The notes: generated by a model from the sequence alone, not told the origin. Shown: positions 11,514-21,767, counted from the first letter of the stretch. The stretch: 64,000 bases of DNA from Blastocatellales bacterium (GCA_050187295.1 JBFWXQ010000016.1:25944-89943), one strand, 5' to 3'. A program made the numbers and translations.

Positions 11514-11902
11514 AATTCTCCTCCTGGAAATGGGTGACATTACGTCTTCTTGTGTTACTTGTTGCGTTACTTGCTAATTCCAGAACGTAGTATAACCGTT
11601 CTTCTCAAAGAACAGCCCTCATTCATTGCGGGAGAGGCCCGTCAGTAAAAGAATCAACTGCGGAGGGCTGACAACTTAAGAGAATGAAGACTGGATAGAA
11701 CTTCGCGCCAGAATCTATACGATAGGGTGCGATGTGTCAATCGCAATCTTGTTATCTTCGCAAAGACTTAACGGCAATTGCCGACCTTAATCAGCAGTTC
11801 AGCAGAGCCTGAAAACAATCCTGCCGGGCATCGAAATTAATCTCTCAACCCCCGTTTAATCTTGCTTTCAGGCTCATCAAAGGCCAGCCATTGGGCTAAT
11901 AA

Positions 11903-13180
11903 TCAGGCGTAAATCCCCCGCACTCGCGTGATGTAAGCCACGCGGTCAATTGCCAGCATATAAGCGGCTATTCGATTATTGACGCCATGACTATCGGCAT
12001 ACTTGGAAACATCATGAAAGCTGGCGACCATAATATCCTGTAGTCGCTCATTAACCATGTCCTCTTTCCAAAAATATCCCATTCTGTCTTGAACCCATTC
12101 AAAGTAGCTGCAGGTTACACCGCCGGCATTTGCCAGAATATCTGGAATGACAAAGACGCCCTTATCTTCAAGCACATTATCTGCAGCGGCGGTCGTCGGC
12201 CCATTTGCGCCTTCGGCCAGAATTTTGCATTTGATTCTGGAGACATTCGTGCTTGTGATTTGATTTTCGGTAGCGGCCGGAAGCAGTACCTCACAATCAA
12301 GCTCGAGCAGTTCGAAGTTCGAAACCGGATCAGCCTCCGGGTATTTCTCGTAAGTTTTGTGCTTCGCCAGATAATTCATCACCTGCGGCACGTCCAAGCC
12401 ATGGGGATTGTAAATGCCGCCATGAATGTCTGAAATGGCAACGACTTTATAGCCGGTCTCATACATCAGCTTAGCCGCAACCCCCCCAACATTACCTGAA
12501 CCTTGAATTACCACCCGAGTGTCTTCCGGGTTCATTTCCAGTTTTTTGACTGCTTCATTAACCGTGAACAACAAGCCACGCCCGGTTGCTTCGCGACGTC
12601 CACGTGACCCAGACAAATCAACCGGTTTTCCTGTAACAACAGCCGTTTCGGTGTGGCGAGCGTGCATCGAATAGGTGTCCATAATCCAGGCCATGGTCTG
12701 CTCATTGGTATTCATGTCCGGCGCAGGAACGTCGCGTTCCGGACCAATGAAATCAATTAATTCGGCAGTATAACGGCGGGTCATCCGTTCCAATTCGGCC
12801 TGCGACATTTGCGAAGGGTCGCAGATGATTCCGCCCTTTGCCCCCCCGAACGGAATATTGACGACCGCGCATTTCCAGGTCATCCAGGCCGCCAGAGCGC
12901 GAACTTCGTCAATCGTCACGTCAGGCGCATACCGAATACCGCCTTTGGCCGGGCCACGCGCAAAATTGTGTTGCACACGATAACCTGTAAAAACCTCTAT
13001 ATGACCATCATCCATGAAAACCGGAATATAAATCGTGATCTCGCGGTTTGGAACGCGAAGGACCTTGTAAAGATCAGGATCGAGATTCAGAAGTTGCGCC
13101 GCGTGATCAAATCGCGACATCATTGATTCAAATGGATTCTCTTCCCTGATAACCCTGACATCATCAACAAGCGCTGCCAT
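11903..13180 (-). CDS. gdhA: Glutamate dehydrogenase (Glu/Leu/Phe/Val dehydrogenase family)
   Basis: [14 protein letters not shown] and FGGAKGGI motifs; NAD(P)-binding GSGNVGG; 425 aa. Confidence 0.85.
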   Translation of the reverse strand: MAALVDDVRVIREENPFESMMSRFDHAAQLLNLDPDLYKVLRVPNREITIYIPVFMDDGHIEVFTGYRVQHNFARGPAKGGIRYAPDVTIDEVRALAAWMTWKCAVVNIPFGGAKGGIICDPSQMSQAELERMTRRYTAELIDFIGPERDVPAPDMNTNEQTMAWIMDTYSMHARHTETAVVTGKPVDLSGSRGRREATGRGLLFTVNEAVKKLEMNPEDTRVVIQGSGNVGGVAAKLMYETGYKVVAISDIHGGIYNPHGLDVPQVMNYLAKHKTYEKYPEADPVSNFELLELDCEVLLPAATENQITSTNVSRIKCKILAEGANGPTTAAADNVLEDKGVFVIPDILANAGGVTCSYFEWVQDRMGYFWKEDMVNERLQDIMVASFHDVSKYADSHGVNNRIAAYMLAIDRVAYITRVRGIYA

Positions 13181-13281
13181 TGTTACCTCCTAGTTTGGTG
13201 CTCAGTTCAGAGTCGCGGTCTATGGTTCAGGCTTACTCTTTACCTGTTCAGCCGCGACTTCGTGTTATGTAAAATAATTCG

Positions 13282-13312
13282 GGCGGATGATCTGCCGATC
13301 CCCGCCCTGTTT
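13282..13312 (-). terminator. Bidirectional-type hairpin terminator directly after larE-like gene
   Basis: GGGCGG-N15-CCGCCC stem flanked by an A-tract on one side and a T-tract on the other; immediately downstream of the stop at 13314. Confidence 0.45.
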
Positions 13313-13313
13313 T

Positions 13314-14201
13314 TTATCTATCCGAAGTTTTCAAAGATTCGTTGAGCGCCCCCGTGCGATAACCTTCAAGGTCAAGCGTCACAAACTTGAACCCCAGTTG
13401 TTTGAAGGCGGCGGCGATTCGCCAGGCCATCTCTACGCTCAGAGCTTTCGGCAGTTCATCGGGGGCGATTTCAATCCGAACGACGTCGCCGTGATGGCGA
13501 ACGCGCATTTGCTGAAAACCGAGTGCCCGCAATTTCGATTCGCCGCGTTCAATCACCGAGAGCTTTTCAATGGTCACAGGCATTCCGTATGGAATTCGTG
13601 ACGACAAACAGGCCGACGCCGGACGATCCCAGACAGGCAGACCCGCGCGTTCAGATAACTGGCGAATCTCTGCTTTGGTCAATCCCGCTTCTATCAATGG
13701 GCTGCGCACATTCAACTCCTTCGCGGCCTGTCTTCCTGGACGATAATCCCCAACATCGTCGGCATTATTCCCATCGCAGACGAAGGCAAATCCCCGTTCG
13801 GCGGCAAGCTGGCCAAGTTTCGTAAACAACTCGTGTTTGCAGAAATAGCAGCGATTGACCGGATTGGCCTGGTAGTTTTGATCGTGGATTTCTTCTGTGA
13901 AGATGAATTCGTGCGGAATCGAGAATTGTTCGACGACGCTCAGAGCATCCTGTCGCTGAAAGTCTGGATAGCTGGGGCTTTCGCCAGTTACCGCCAAAGC
14001 CTTATGTCCAAGCTCGGAGGCGGCGGCAAAAGCCAGGTACGCGCTGTCAACGCCTCCAGAATAGGCGACAATTACCGATTCCATCTGGCGCAGCAGGAGT
14101 CGCAGATGTTGCTCTTTTACTTGGAGTTCTTGACTGGGAGTTTTTATTTCGGAAGTTGAAATAATTGAGTTTGATTCTTTTTCCAGATTTGCCACTTGCA
14201 T
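13314..14201 (-). CDS. larE: LarE-family PP-loop ATP pyrophosphatase (ATP-dependent sulfur transferase family, TIGR00268-like)
   Basis: SGGVDS PP-loop motif (VAYSGGVDSAYLAF); size and overall layout match LarE-like proteins. No larA/B/C nearby. Confidence 0.55.
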   Translation of the reverse strand: MQVANLEKESNSIISTSEIKTPSQELQVKEQHLRLLLRQMESVIVAYSGGVDSAYLAFAAASELGHKALAVTGESPSYPDFQRQDALSVVEQFSIPHEFIFTEEIHDQNYQANPVNRCYFCKHELFTKLGQLAAERGFAFVCDGNNADDVGDYRPGRQAAKELNVRSPLIEAGLTKAEIRQLSERAGLPVWDRPASACLSSRIPYGMPVTIEKLSVIERGESKLRALGFQQMRVRHHGDVVRIEIAPDELPKALSVEMAWRIAAAFKQLGFKFVTLDLEGYRTGALNESLKTSDR

Positions 14202-14326
14202 CGCTTAATCAGCTTTCTCTCTTCAGCCTTGCTATGGGCGTCGCAGAGGCACGCGCGGTGTGCACATACTAACTCAGGCCGATTACCGATCTGAACAAAA
14301 ATTTCCGAATCCGGCCATTATTTAAC

Positions 14327-15361
14327 TCAGAAAACCGAATACCCTTTGATACCCATCGGCACCCGATAAACTTTTTGTGTGCTGGCGACGATCATATTGC
14401 CGCCATCATCAAACGCCAACCCGACCAGAGAAGCTCCAGAAACAGCGACTTCGGCCTTATTGCCATCCGGCGTTATTCGAATGATGCCTCTGTGCCCTTT
14501 CAAAGAAGCAGCCACATATAGATTGCCGTCCGTATCAAAAGCCAGACCTTGAGGACGCCCCAGACCGGTGTAAAACTTCGTCACATCGCCCATCGCATTG
14601 ATCCTCACCACACTTTCAAACGAAGAAACTGTCGGTCCAGTTACATACAGATCGCCGTCGGGTCCAAAAGCCAGATGAAAAGCCGCCACACTGGCATCCA
14701 GCGAGGCGAAGGGACGCGATTCGCCAAGTTCGTTGACGCGGAAAATCGTTCCGCTGCGATCACCAACGTAAATGTCTCCTCGCCGGTCGAAAGCTATGCC
14801 GGTGGCCACGCCTAAATCCGAAGCAACGGTTTCCGGTTCGCCGAACGGCGTCACTCTGTATAGCGTTCCGTCATAACGGCTGGTGACGTACAAAACGCCT
14901 TCGCGATTAAAGGCAAGTCCGGTGGGATTGACGATGTCTGAAACGAATGGTGAGACGGAATCGTCTGAGGAGATTTTGTATATCGAAACAGGAACTTTCT
15001 GCCCGCGAGTCCCCGACAAGGTAACGTAAATCCCGCCATCGTCATGATCAATGGCTGGGTTGGCGACGGGATGAAGATTGTCAGCCAGTTTGACGCCGAG
15101 CGAAAATGGAGTCGCCATTGTTCCGTTGACGCTTTCCAATTTCAGATCTTCGCTTTCGACCCCGATTTCGCAATCCGGCACACCAACTATCACGCGATTT
15201 GGCGAGGCGCTGATCAATCTTCCACGCTGATCACCAAACCAGACATGGCAGGAAGAATAATCCGAGGTATCAAATCCTTCGCATGTCAGAATCACTTCCC
15301 CGCCCTCGACTCCAGCGCCAGGCACGGCGCTTTTGATCAGCCCGTTACCGAAATTCGACAT
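14327..15361 (-). CDS. NHL-repeat beta-propeller protein with N-terminal IPT-like segment
   Basis: Repeated G(D/N)(L/I)YV(T/A/G) propeller units (DIYVGD, GDLYVTG, GNLYVAA). Confidence 0.5.
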   Translation of the reverse strand: MSNFGNGLIKSAVPGAGVEGGEVILTCEGFDTSDYSSCHVWFGDQRGRLISASPNRVIVGVPDCEIGVESEDLKLESVNGTMATPFSLGVKLADNLHPVANPAIDHDDGGIYVTLSGTRGQKVPVSIYKISSDDSVSPFVSDIVNPTGLAFNREGVLYVTSRYDGTLYRVTPFGEPETVASDLGVATGIAFDRRGDIYVGDRSGTIFRVNELGESRPFASLDASVAAFHLAFGPDGDLYVTGPTVSSFESVVRINAMGDVTKFYTGLGRPQGLAFDTDGNLYVAASLKGHRGIIRITPDGNKAEVAVSGASLVGLAFDDGGNMIVASTQKVYRVPMGIKGYSVF

Positions 15362-15517
15362 TACTGCTTCTCCATCAAAAATTTAACAGTTCAAAACACT
15401 TTTATTAAGCGAAAAGCCATCATACGCGAGCAGATCAGCCATGTCTACAATGACAATTTTGATGCCGGAGATCTATCGGGCCGCTCGACGAACCTTCCGA
15501 ACTCGTCAAAAACCACG

Positions 15518-16351
15518 CTAGCTCTTTTGTATTCCATCGCCTAAATCAACATCCTTCCATAACCAGATTCCGCCGCGCATACCCAATGTATTACAGACGA
15601 TTTCAATGTCCGGCCCCAGCGTCAGCGACACCTCTTCGGCATTGCCTCCACCCAGATAAAGCTTGTCAAAGTTGGTCAGTGTGCGGAAATGCTCGATAGC
15701 TTTTTCCAAACGACTGTTCCATTCCTTCTTGCTGACCCTCTTGAATGCCTTGTTGCCGAGTTGTTCTTCGTAAGTCTGCCCTTTGCGAAAAGGAATGTGC
15801 GCCAGTTCTATATGCGGAGCCAGATGTCCGTCTTCAAACAGGGCCGAACCTATTCCGGTTCCAAGGGTGATTACCAACTCAACTCCTTCACCCTTGATCG
15901 CTCCCAGGCCTTGCATATCAGCATCATTGATCACCAGAGTTGGTTTCCCCGTCACTTTGGCAATCGCGCTTTGCAAATCGAACCGCTCCCATTCGTCCGA
16001 ACCAAGATTTTTACAGGACAGGGTCACTCCTTTGCGGACGACGCCCGGAAAACCGACAGAAACACGATCAAATTCTGGCAGCTGGGCAATCAACTCTTTC
16101 AGCTTTTCCAGCAAAATTCCCGGCGGACAAGGTTTGGGAGTTTCAACGCGAACCCGTTCGGTGATCATTTCGCCCTGATCGTCCAGCAAACAGGCTTTCA
16201 ATCCCGAACCACCGATGTCAAAAGCCAGCGTTTTGACGCCGCTCGAAAGATGACTTCGAGCGGCGTCAGCGGGCAAAACAACTTCTTTTATTATCTTCTT
16301 CCTGACAGTCTTCTTCGCGCTTTTCTTGGTCTTCTTCCCGGTCGCTGGCAT
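15518..16351 (-). CDS. ROK-family sugar kinase (possibly polyphosphate glucokinase) with Lys-rich N-terminal tail
   Basis: LAFDIGGSGLKACLLD N-terminal ATPase motif; GTGIGSALF; about 250-aa core; basic N-terminal extension MPATGKKTKKSAKKTVRKK. Confidence 0.55.
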   Translation of the reverse strand: MPATGKKTKKSAKKTVRKKIIKEVVLPADAARSHLSSGVKTLAFDIGGSGLKACLLDDQGEMITERVRVETPKPCPPGILLEKLKELIAQLPEFDRVSVGFPGVVRKGVTLSCKNLGSDEWERFDLQSAIAKVTGKPTLVINDADMQGLGAIKGEGVELVITLGTGIGSALFEDGHLAPHIELAHIPFRKGQTYEEQLGNKAFKRVSKKEWNSRLEKAIEHFRTLTNFDKLYLGGGNAEEVSLTLGPDIEIVCNTLGMRGGIWLWKDVDLGDGIQKS

Positions 16352-16475
16352 AGTCTTTAATTCAAAACCTTTCTTACTCGTGATTGAGTTTTATTTTGTT
16401 CGAGTGGGGTTTGTGATTAAATCGCACGCGTCGGATATTACTGAAATCCAAACCTCTTGAGAAGGAGAAGCACAG

Positions 16476-17672
16476 ATGAAGCTGACAACTCACACTACTT
16501 ATCGCCTGGTTGGAACCCTGTTGATCACTCTGATGATCGCCATTGCCATTAAACCGCTGAAGACTTCGGCAAAAGTCGTTGACCCTATGCAGATGGGACC
16601 GTTTCCGGTTGGAGTGACGACAACCGTCTTCGTTGATCACAGCCGCACCGACGCTGCCACAAACGAAGCGCGAACGCTGGTGACGGAAATCTGGTATCCG
16701 GCGTCGGATGATGCGCGCGACTTGCCGAAAACCAAATTCACGGATTTCATCCCCGGAGGTTTGAATCCGCAATTCGAAGCGCTGCTGAAAATGGCTTATA
16801 AAAAATCGGCTGATCAAATCAATGCAGCTTACTGGACCTCAGCCGTTCGTGACGCCCGCGTGCGCGAAGGAAAATTTCCATTGATTGTCTTTTCACACGG
16901 CAACGGCGGTTCGCGATTCCAGAATACTTTCTGGTGCGATTATCTGGCCAGTCACGGTTACATCATCGTTTCCGCCGATCACACCGCCAACGCCCGCGTC
17001 ACCGTCATCAAAGGCAAGCCGATCATTTACCGCAACGATCAGCGCGAAAATTCCGCCGTTGATCGCCCGAAAGACATGAGCTTTTTGCTGGATCAAATGA
17101 CGCTGTGGAACGGCGGAGCCGACAGCCGTTTTTCCGGCAGGCTTGATCTGAGCAAACCCGTTGCCGCCGGAATGTCGTTCGGTTCGATGACTGCAATTCG
17201 CGTCGCCGACGCCGATCCTCGCTTCAAAGCAGTCATAGCCATGTCCGGCGCGCCCGAAGCTCACAACAATCTGACAGTGCCTTCTCTGTACATGCTCGGC
17301 GATGAAGACCGCACCATCGGCCCCAAAGGTAACGCGCGCATTCTGGATGTATTCGCCAAACACCAGCGCGATGGTTTTCTGCTGGAAATGAAAGACGGCG
17401 GGCATTACTCCTTCACGGACATTTTCAAACTCGATAAAAACTTCGGCGACGGAGCCGGCCCCGGCAAACGCGGCGGCGAAGGCGAGCCGTTCACCTACAC
17501 TTCGATGGAAACGACTTACTCGATTATCAATTCCTACAGCATAGCTTTTCTCGGCGCTTACGTTCGCGGAGAGCGTGAATACCTGCCCTTCCTGCAAAAA
17601 AATCACTGGCCGAAGGAATTGAACTGGCAAGCGAAAGGCATGGAACAAAGTCAGTCGGCTGGTGCGAAATAG
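16476..17672 (+). CDS. Secreted alpha/beta hydrolase, PAF-acetylhydrolase-like lipase/esterase family
   Basis: FSHGNGGSRF...YLASHGYIIVSADH resembles the PAF-AH/lipase family; MSFGSM nucleophile elbow; signal peptide; SD GAAGGAGAAG. Confidence 0.5.
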   Translation: MKLTTHTTYRLVGTLLITLMIAIAIKPLKTSAKVVDPMQMGPFPVGVTTTVFVDHSRTDAATNEARTLVTEIWYPASDDARDLPKTKFTDFIPGGLNPQFEALLKMAYKKSADQINAAYWTSAVRDARVREGKFPLIVFSHGNGGSRFQNTFWCDYLASHGYIIVSADHTANARVTVIKGKPIIYRNDQRENSAVDRPKDMSFLLDQMTLWNGGADSRFSGRLDLSKPVAAGMSFGSMTAIRVADADPRFKAVIAMSGAPEAHNNLTVPSLYMLGDEDRTIGPKGNARILDVFAKHQRDGFLLEMKDGGHYSFTDIFKLDKNFGDGAGPGKRGGEGEPFTYTSMETTYSIINSYSIAFLGAYVRGEREYLPFLQKNHWPKELNWQAKGMEQSQSAGAK

Positions 17673-17694
17673 GTCGACGATGAGAGGACAAAAC

Positions 17695-17934
17695 ATGTCA
17701 ACAAAAGTTCCTTCTTACAAACAACAACTCCAAAAGGAGATCAATCAACTGCCGCAGGAATATCTGCCCAATTTGCTGCGATTGGTTCGCGTTTTCCGTG
17801 AAAGCGTCGCCCTGAAGCCAGCGCCTGACAGCTTCAGGCAAGGATGGGCTGAAGCGTTGAATGGCGAAACACAACCAATATCAAAGCTCTGGGATGGAAT
17901 AGATAACGATTGGAGACCAGGTTGCCGTAACTGA
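17695..17934 (+). CDS. Putative antitoxin (DUF2281-like), partner of the downstream RelE/HigB-like toxin
   Basis: Small ORF; LPQEYLPNLLRLVRVFRES resembles DUF2281-type antitoxins. ATG 17695 with SD GAGAGGA; AT-rich relative to the neighbourhood. Confidence 0.35.
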   Translation: MSTKVPSYKQQLQKEINQLPQEYLPNLLRLVRVFRESVALKPAPDSFRQGWAEALNGETQPISKLWDGIDNDWRPGCRN

Positions 17935-17950
17935 TTACACGATCTTCAAA

Positions 17951-18139
17951 GTGCGTGTAAAAAACAGCAACATTCAAAAAGGCAAAAGCTCCAGGTATCG
18001 GATGATTTACTACCTGAAAACCCCATCGAACATTATCCTTGTAACGATTTATTCAAAGCTGGAACAAACAGATATTGCTGCAAAACAGATTCGCCAGATT
18101 TTGAAAGAATTCGAGAATCCGATCCCAGAGGAGGAATAA
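17951..18139 (+). CDS. RelE/HigB-family type II toxin, N-terminally short or degenerate
   Basis: KVRVKNSNIQKGKSSRYRMIYYL...IILVTIYSKLEQTDI matches the conserved RelE/HigB core. Only GTG 17951 is available as a start; the upstream in-frame stretch back to a TAG at ~17900 has no ATG/GTG start (only ATT at ~17909). Confidence 0.5.
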   Translation: MRVKNSNIQKGKSSRYRMIYYLKTPSNIILVTIYSKLEQTDIAAKQIRQILKEFENPIPEEE

Positions 18140-19359
18140 TGCGAAGAAAACTATTCTTAGCCGTTTTGATCTTTTGCGCGCTTAGTCAATCCGCCCGCGT
18201 TCAAGACAAACCGCAATCCAATTCAGCCAGCGAATCTCAGGCGTCTCAACAAGTTCAACCGGCCAAACCCGACCGTTCGCAAACCCAGCCCAAACCGGTC
18301 GAGCGCGCTCTGACGGCGGAACAATTTGCCGCGCTGAGCGAAAAGCTTTCCGAATCCGGCGGTTATTTCGACACTGACAATCTGATCTCCAACGAATCCT
18401 CCTACCTGCACGTGATGGGCAAAATGCGCGCGATGAACGTTTCTGGCGGGGCTTTCATCGGCGTCGGGCCGGATCAAAGCTTCTCTTACATCGCTCAGAT
18501 TCGTCCGAACATAGTTTTTATGACAGACATTCGCAGGGACAATCTGTTGCAGCATTTGCTGTTCAAGGCGCTCTTCGCCCTGTCGCGCAATCGGGTTGAA
18601 TACCTCTGCCTGTTTCTGGGCAAACCCGTCCCATCGGATTTGAAAGCCTGGGATTCGCGCAGCATCAAAGAAATTGCCGCTTACATTGACAAAACTCCGA
18701 AGGAGCAAAAACTTTTTGACAGCGCGCAAACAGCCATTCTGGCAAAGGTGAAAAGCTTCGGACTGAAGCTGGCTGATTCCGAACTTGAAAACATCAAACG
18801 GATTCATCTGGCCTTTTACACCGACGGGCTGGATTTGAAATTCACCAGCAAGGGACGCTCGCCACGATTTTATTACCCGAATTACCGCGACCTGATGCTG
18901 GAAAAGGATTTGAGCGGCAAACAGTGCAATTACCTGGCGAATGAAGACGACTTTCAGTTTTTGAAATCTTTGCAGGAGCGCAATCTGGTCATCCCGGTGG
19001 TGGGAAATCTGGCGGGCCATCAGGCGCTGAAAAGCATCGCGGCTTATCTGAAAGAACGCGGCGAGCGGGTTTCGGCCTTTTACACTTCCAACGTGGAGTT
19101 TTACCTGATGCGCGGATACAGGGGAGACGATTTCGATCAGTTCGCCAAAAACGTTTTGGCTTTGCCGCGCGACGAACGCAGCGTCATCATCCGCAGCTAC
19201 TTCAACGGCACGTGGGGTTATTCGCATCCGCAATCGGTCAGCGGTTATTACAGCACTCAGCTATTGCAAACGATGGATAGCTTCGTCAAAGAATTCGCGG
19301 CGGGCGGTTATGAATCTTATCAAGATTTGATCGGCAAACACTCGTTGGATTTGCGCTGA
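18139..19359 (+). CDS. Secreted hypothetical protein (no family recognised)
   Basis: Signal peptide, then a Q/S/P-rich linker and a 330-aa globular region; start overlaps toxin stop (TAATG). Confidence 0.4.
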   Translation: MRRKLFLAVLIFCALSQSARVQDKPQSNSASESQASQQVQPAKPDRSQTQPKPVERALTAEQFAALSEKLSESGGYFDTDNLISNESSYLHVMGKMRAMNVSGGAFIGVGPDQSFSYIAQIRPNIVFMTDIRRDNLLQHLLFKALFALSRNRVEYLCLFLGKPVPSDLKAWDSRSIKEIAAYIDKTPKEQKLFDSAQTAILAKVKSFGLKLADSELENIKRIHLAFYTDGLDLKFTSKGRSPRFYYPNYRDLMLEKDLSGKQCNYLANEDDFQFLKSLQERNLVIPVVGNLAGHQALKSIAAYLKERGERVSAFYTSNVEFYLMRGYRGDDFDQFAKNVLALPRDERSVIIRSYFNGTWGYSHPQSVSGYYSTQLLQTMDSFVKEFAAGGYESYQDLIGKHSLDLR

Positions 19360-19362
19360 CAA

Positions 19363-20301
19363 TCAACCGGCAAATTCAACCATCGGGAATCCGCGAACGC
19401 CGGGTTTTGCGCGGAAAAGTCCACCGGCCAGAGGTTGTTTGGCCAGTTCTTCGGCGGGCATTCGCGTGCTGGCCGTGGTGATGTAAAGCTCATCCAGATT
19501 CGCTCCGCCAAAACAACAAGAAGTCGGACGAGCGACGGGCAGTTTCACTTCGTCAATGATTTCGCCTTCGCCGGGATTGACGCGGATGACTCGCCAACCA
19601 TCCCACAACGCGATCCACAGCATTCCCTCCTGGTCAATGGTCATGCCGTCGGGCGAACCGCCGCCTTCGGGAATTTCAATCACCAGACGTTCGTTGCCGA
19701 TTTCGCCCGACGCCGCGTCGAAATCGAAAGCGACGACTTCGCTGGTCGGCGAATCAATGTAGAACATTGTCCGGTCGTCCGAACTCCAGGCCAGCCCGTT
19801 TGAAATCCACACATCGTCAAGTTTGCGATGAACGTTCAGATCAGGATCAAGACGGTAAAGAAATCCGTCCGGCTGATCGTGAGCGATGCGGGTTGTTCCA
19901 GCCCACAGCCTGCCGCGCGAATCGCATTTGCCGTCGTTGAATCGGTTTTCAGGCAAATGAGCTTCAGGATCAACCAGCGGCGTCAGCTTTTCGGTTTGCA
20001 GATCGAGGCTGTAAAAACCGTGCTGCAAGGCAAGCACGATGCCGCCGGATTTTCTGCCGACGCAACAACCGATCATCTGGCCGACGTCAATTTTCCGGTC
20101 GTTGCCTGTCGAAGGATCGAAGACGTGAAAAGCACAGCCTTCGATGTCCACCCAGTAAAGCTGCTGTGTTTTTGAATTCCACCAAGGCCCTTCGCCAAGA
20201 AGGACTTTGGCATCGAGTATCAATTCGGCATTTATCATCGTTTTAGATCGGTTTGCAACTTTGTTTACGGAAAGAAAAACCACGGGGGACACAGGGATCA
20301 C
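19363..20301 (-). CDS. SMP-30/gluconolactonase/LRE family protein
   Basis: LGEGPWWN, LYWVDI and DGKCDSRGRLWAGT are hallmark regucalcin/gluconolactonase motifs. Confidence 0.7.
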   Translation of the reverse strand: MIPVSPVVFLSVNKVANRSKTMINAELILDAKVLLGEGPWWNSKTQQLYWVDIEGCAFHVFDPSTGNDRKIDVGQMIGCCVGRKSGGIVLALQHGFYSLDLQTEKLTPLVDPEAHLPENRFNDGKCDSRGRLWAGTTRIAHDQPDGFLYRLDPDLNVHRKLDDVWISNGLAWSSDDRTMFYIDSPTSEVVAFDFDAASGEIGNERLVIEIPEGGGSPDGMTIDQEGMLWIALWDGWRVIRVNPGEGEIIDEVKLPVARPTSCCFGGANLDELYITTASTRMPAEELAKQPLAGGLFRAKPGVRGFPMVEFAG

Positions 20302-20361
20302 GGGGATTAATTAGGGACTGCAAGTTTTTCTTTCCCCGTGTGCCCCGTGCTCCCCGTGGTT
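20268..20361. repeat. Composite repeat: 12-bp perfect inverted repeat GGAAAGAAAAAC/GTTTTTCTTTCC flanking opposed arrays of three 9-bp CACGGGGNN units
   Basis: Left array CACGGGGGA CACAGGGAT CACGGGGAT; right array (reverse) CCACGGGGAG CACGGGGCA CACGGGGAA; between the dacB-like stop and the SMP-30 start. Confidence 0.6.
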
Positions 20362-20438
20362 AATCCCATACAAACAACTGAAATCCGACATAACTTGCCC
20401 ATAAAATCACCCGCTTGCTAACGCGCGCGGTACTGACC

Positions 20439-21767
20439 TTAGCGCGCCGCCAGCAGGCGGCTCTGTGGACGGAACGCAATCTCGCTATCAGGACGATTGG
20501 CCATAGGCATTGCGCCTCCGCATTCGGTCATCAAGCGTTTTAGAAAATCATCTTGCACGCGGCGCAGATGCAGCACGCTGCGGCCTTCGGCCATGTTGTA
20601 AACGGCAAACAGCAAAACTCCGCAGGATCTTGTGTTCATCGCTCCGGCCAGAGCCGCCACGCCGTCGTCAGTGCTGTGCAATGTGCCGGTTTTGGCGACG
20701 ACGCTTCCGGCGAATTGAGGTTCGGAAAATCTTCCAGCCAGCGTGCCGGAATCAAGTCCGGCCACAGGCATGACCGATTCAATCCGCAAACCGTTTGAAT
20801 AAAGCCGATCAATCATCGCGCGCAGAATTCGCACAGTGTCCACAGGGGTCAGCCGGTTCACGTCCAAACCCGAACCGTGCGAAACGTAAACCAGATGGCC
20901 GGGCACGCCGACGCGTTCAATCAGAAAGCGTTGAACGCCCGATGCTCCGCCAACGTGATTGGCCAGCATATCGGCCATTGCGTTGACGCTGTGAGCGTTC
21001 AAATACCGCGCGATGTTCAGCAGCGAATCGGATTCGACGACCAGAATCGTTTGGGCGTGATCGTAATTCGCGTGGCGGTTTTCGTAACGGGTCTGTCCAC
21101 GAAAAACCAATCGCGATTGGCGGCGAAAGACTCCGGCCGAAATATCAGTCTGGGAATTTTCGTTGCAGGTGAAATCGCCGACGACTACCAGACTGCCGTT
21201 GACACGGCGGATTCCCATTCGCCGCAAAGCGTCGCCCGCCTGCCGCGCGTCCTGAATCGAAAACGATGGATCGCCTCCGCTGAACAAAACCAGATCGCCA
21301 TTGAGTTCGCCCGTATGAGGATTGATTTCGCCCGTCACACGAAATTCCGTTCGGAAACGATGACCGGGCCCGAAAGTTTCCAAAGCCGCCAGCGTCGTCG
21401 CCAGCTTGATGACCGAAGCCGGATTGAACATCGCGCTTTCATTGAGCGCGGCGATAGCCTGTCCGCTTGACAATTCTTCGACGTAAATTCCGTGCTGACC
21501 GGGATTGCGACGTTCGATCTGCAATCGTTGCAGGAATTCATCCAAAGCTCGCGGTTCAGGATTTCTGCCGGTTGGATAATTGACCGCGACCGAACCGGCG
21601 GGATTGGCCGGAGCGTTATCGCTGGCTGGTCTTCTGGGTTTGCCGAATTTATCTGTCAGGCCGTAACCGGAATTCGGCGCAAAGGAGTTCGACAGCTTCA
21701 GATCGTGCGTCGGACCGGACGCACAGGCAGTCAACAGCAGCGCGAGGATTAGGGGCGTTCTTTTCAT
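20439..21767 (-). CDS. dacB: D-alanyl-D-alanine carboxypeptidase/endopeptidase, PBP4 (peptidase S13) family lipoprotein
   Basis: SxxK motif NPASVIKL, lipoprotein-type signal LLTAC, about 440 aa. Confidence 0.65.
   Translation of the reverse strand: MKRTPLILALLLTACASGPTHDLKLSNSFAPNSGYGLTDKFGKPRRPASDNAPANPAGSVAVNYPTGRNPEPRALDEFLQRLQIERRNPGQHGIYVEELSSGQAIAALNESAMFNPASVIKLATTLAALETFGPGHRFRTEFRVTGEINPHTGELNGDLVLFSGGDPSFSIQDARQAGDALRRMGIRRVNGSLVVVGDFTCNENSQTDISAGVFRRQSRLVFRGQTRYENRHANYDHAQTILVVESDSLLNIARYLNAHSVNAMADMLANHVGGASGVQRFLIERVGVPGHLVYVSHGSGLDVNRLTPVDTVRILRAMIDRLYSNGLRIESVMPVAGLDSGTLAGRFSEPQFAGSVVAKTGTLHSTDDGVAALAGAMNTRSCGVLLFAVYNMAEGRSVLHLRRVQDDFLKRLMTECGGAMPMANRPDSEIAFRPQSRLLAAR

Noticed and set aside
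11541-11902. 362-bp intergenic region between the OM protein gene and gdhA scanned for tRNA or small RNA
   Set aside because: No cloverleaf-compatible acceptor/T-arm pattern or conserved box was recognisable by eye. An sRNA cannot be excluded without covariance-model search (Rfam cmscan).
20280-20360. G-quadruplex formation by GGGG runs as a functional element
   Set aside because: Plausible from sequence, but there is no way to assess it here. Kept only as a structural note within the repeat finding, not as a separate feature.
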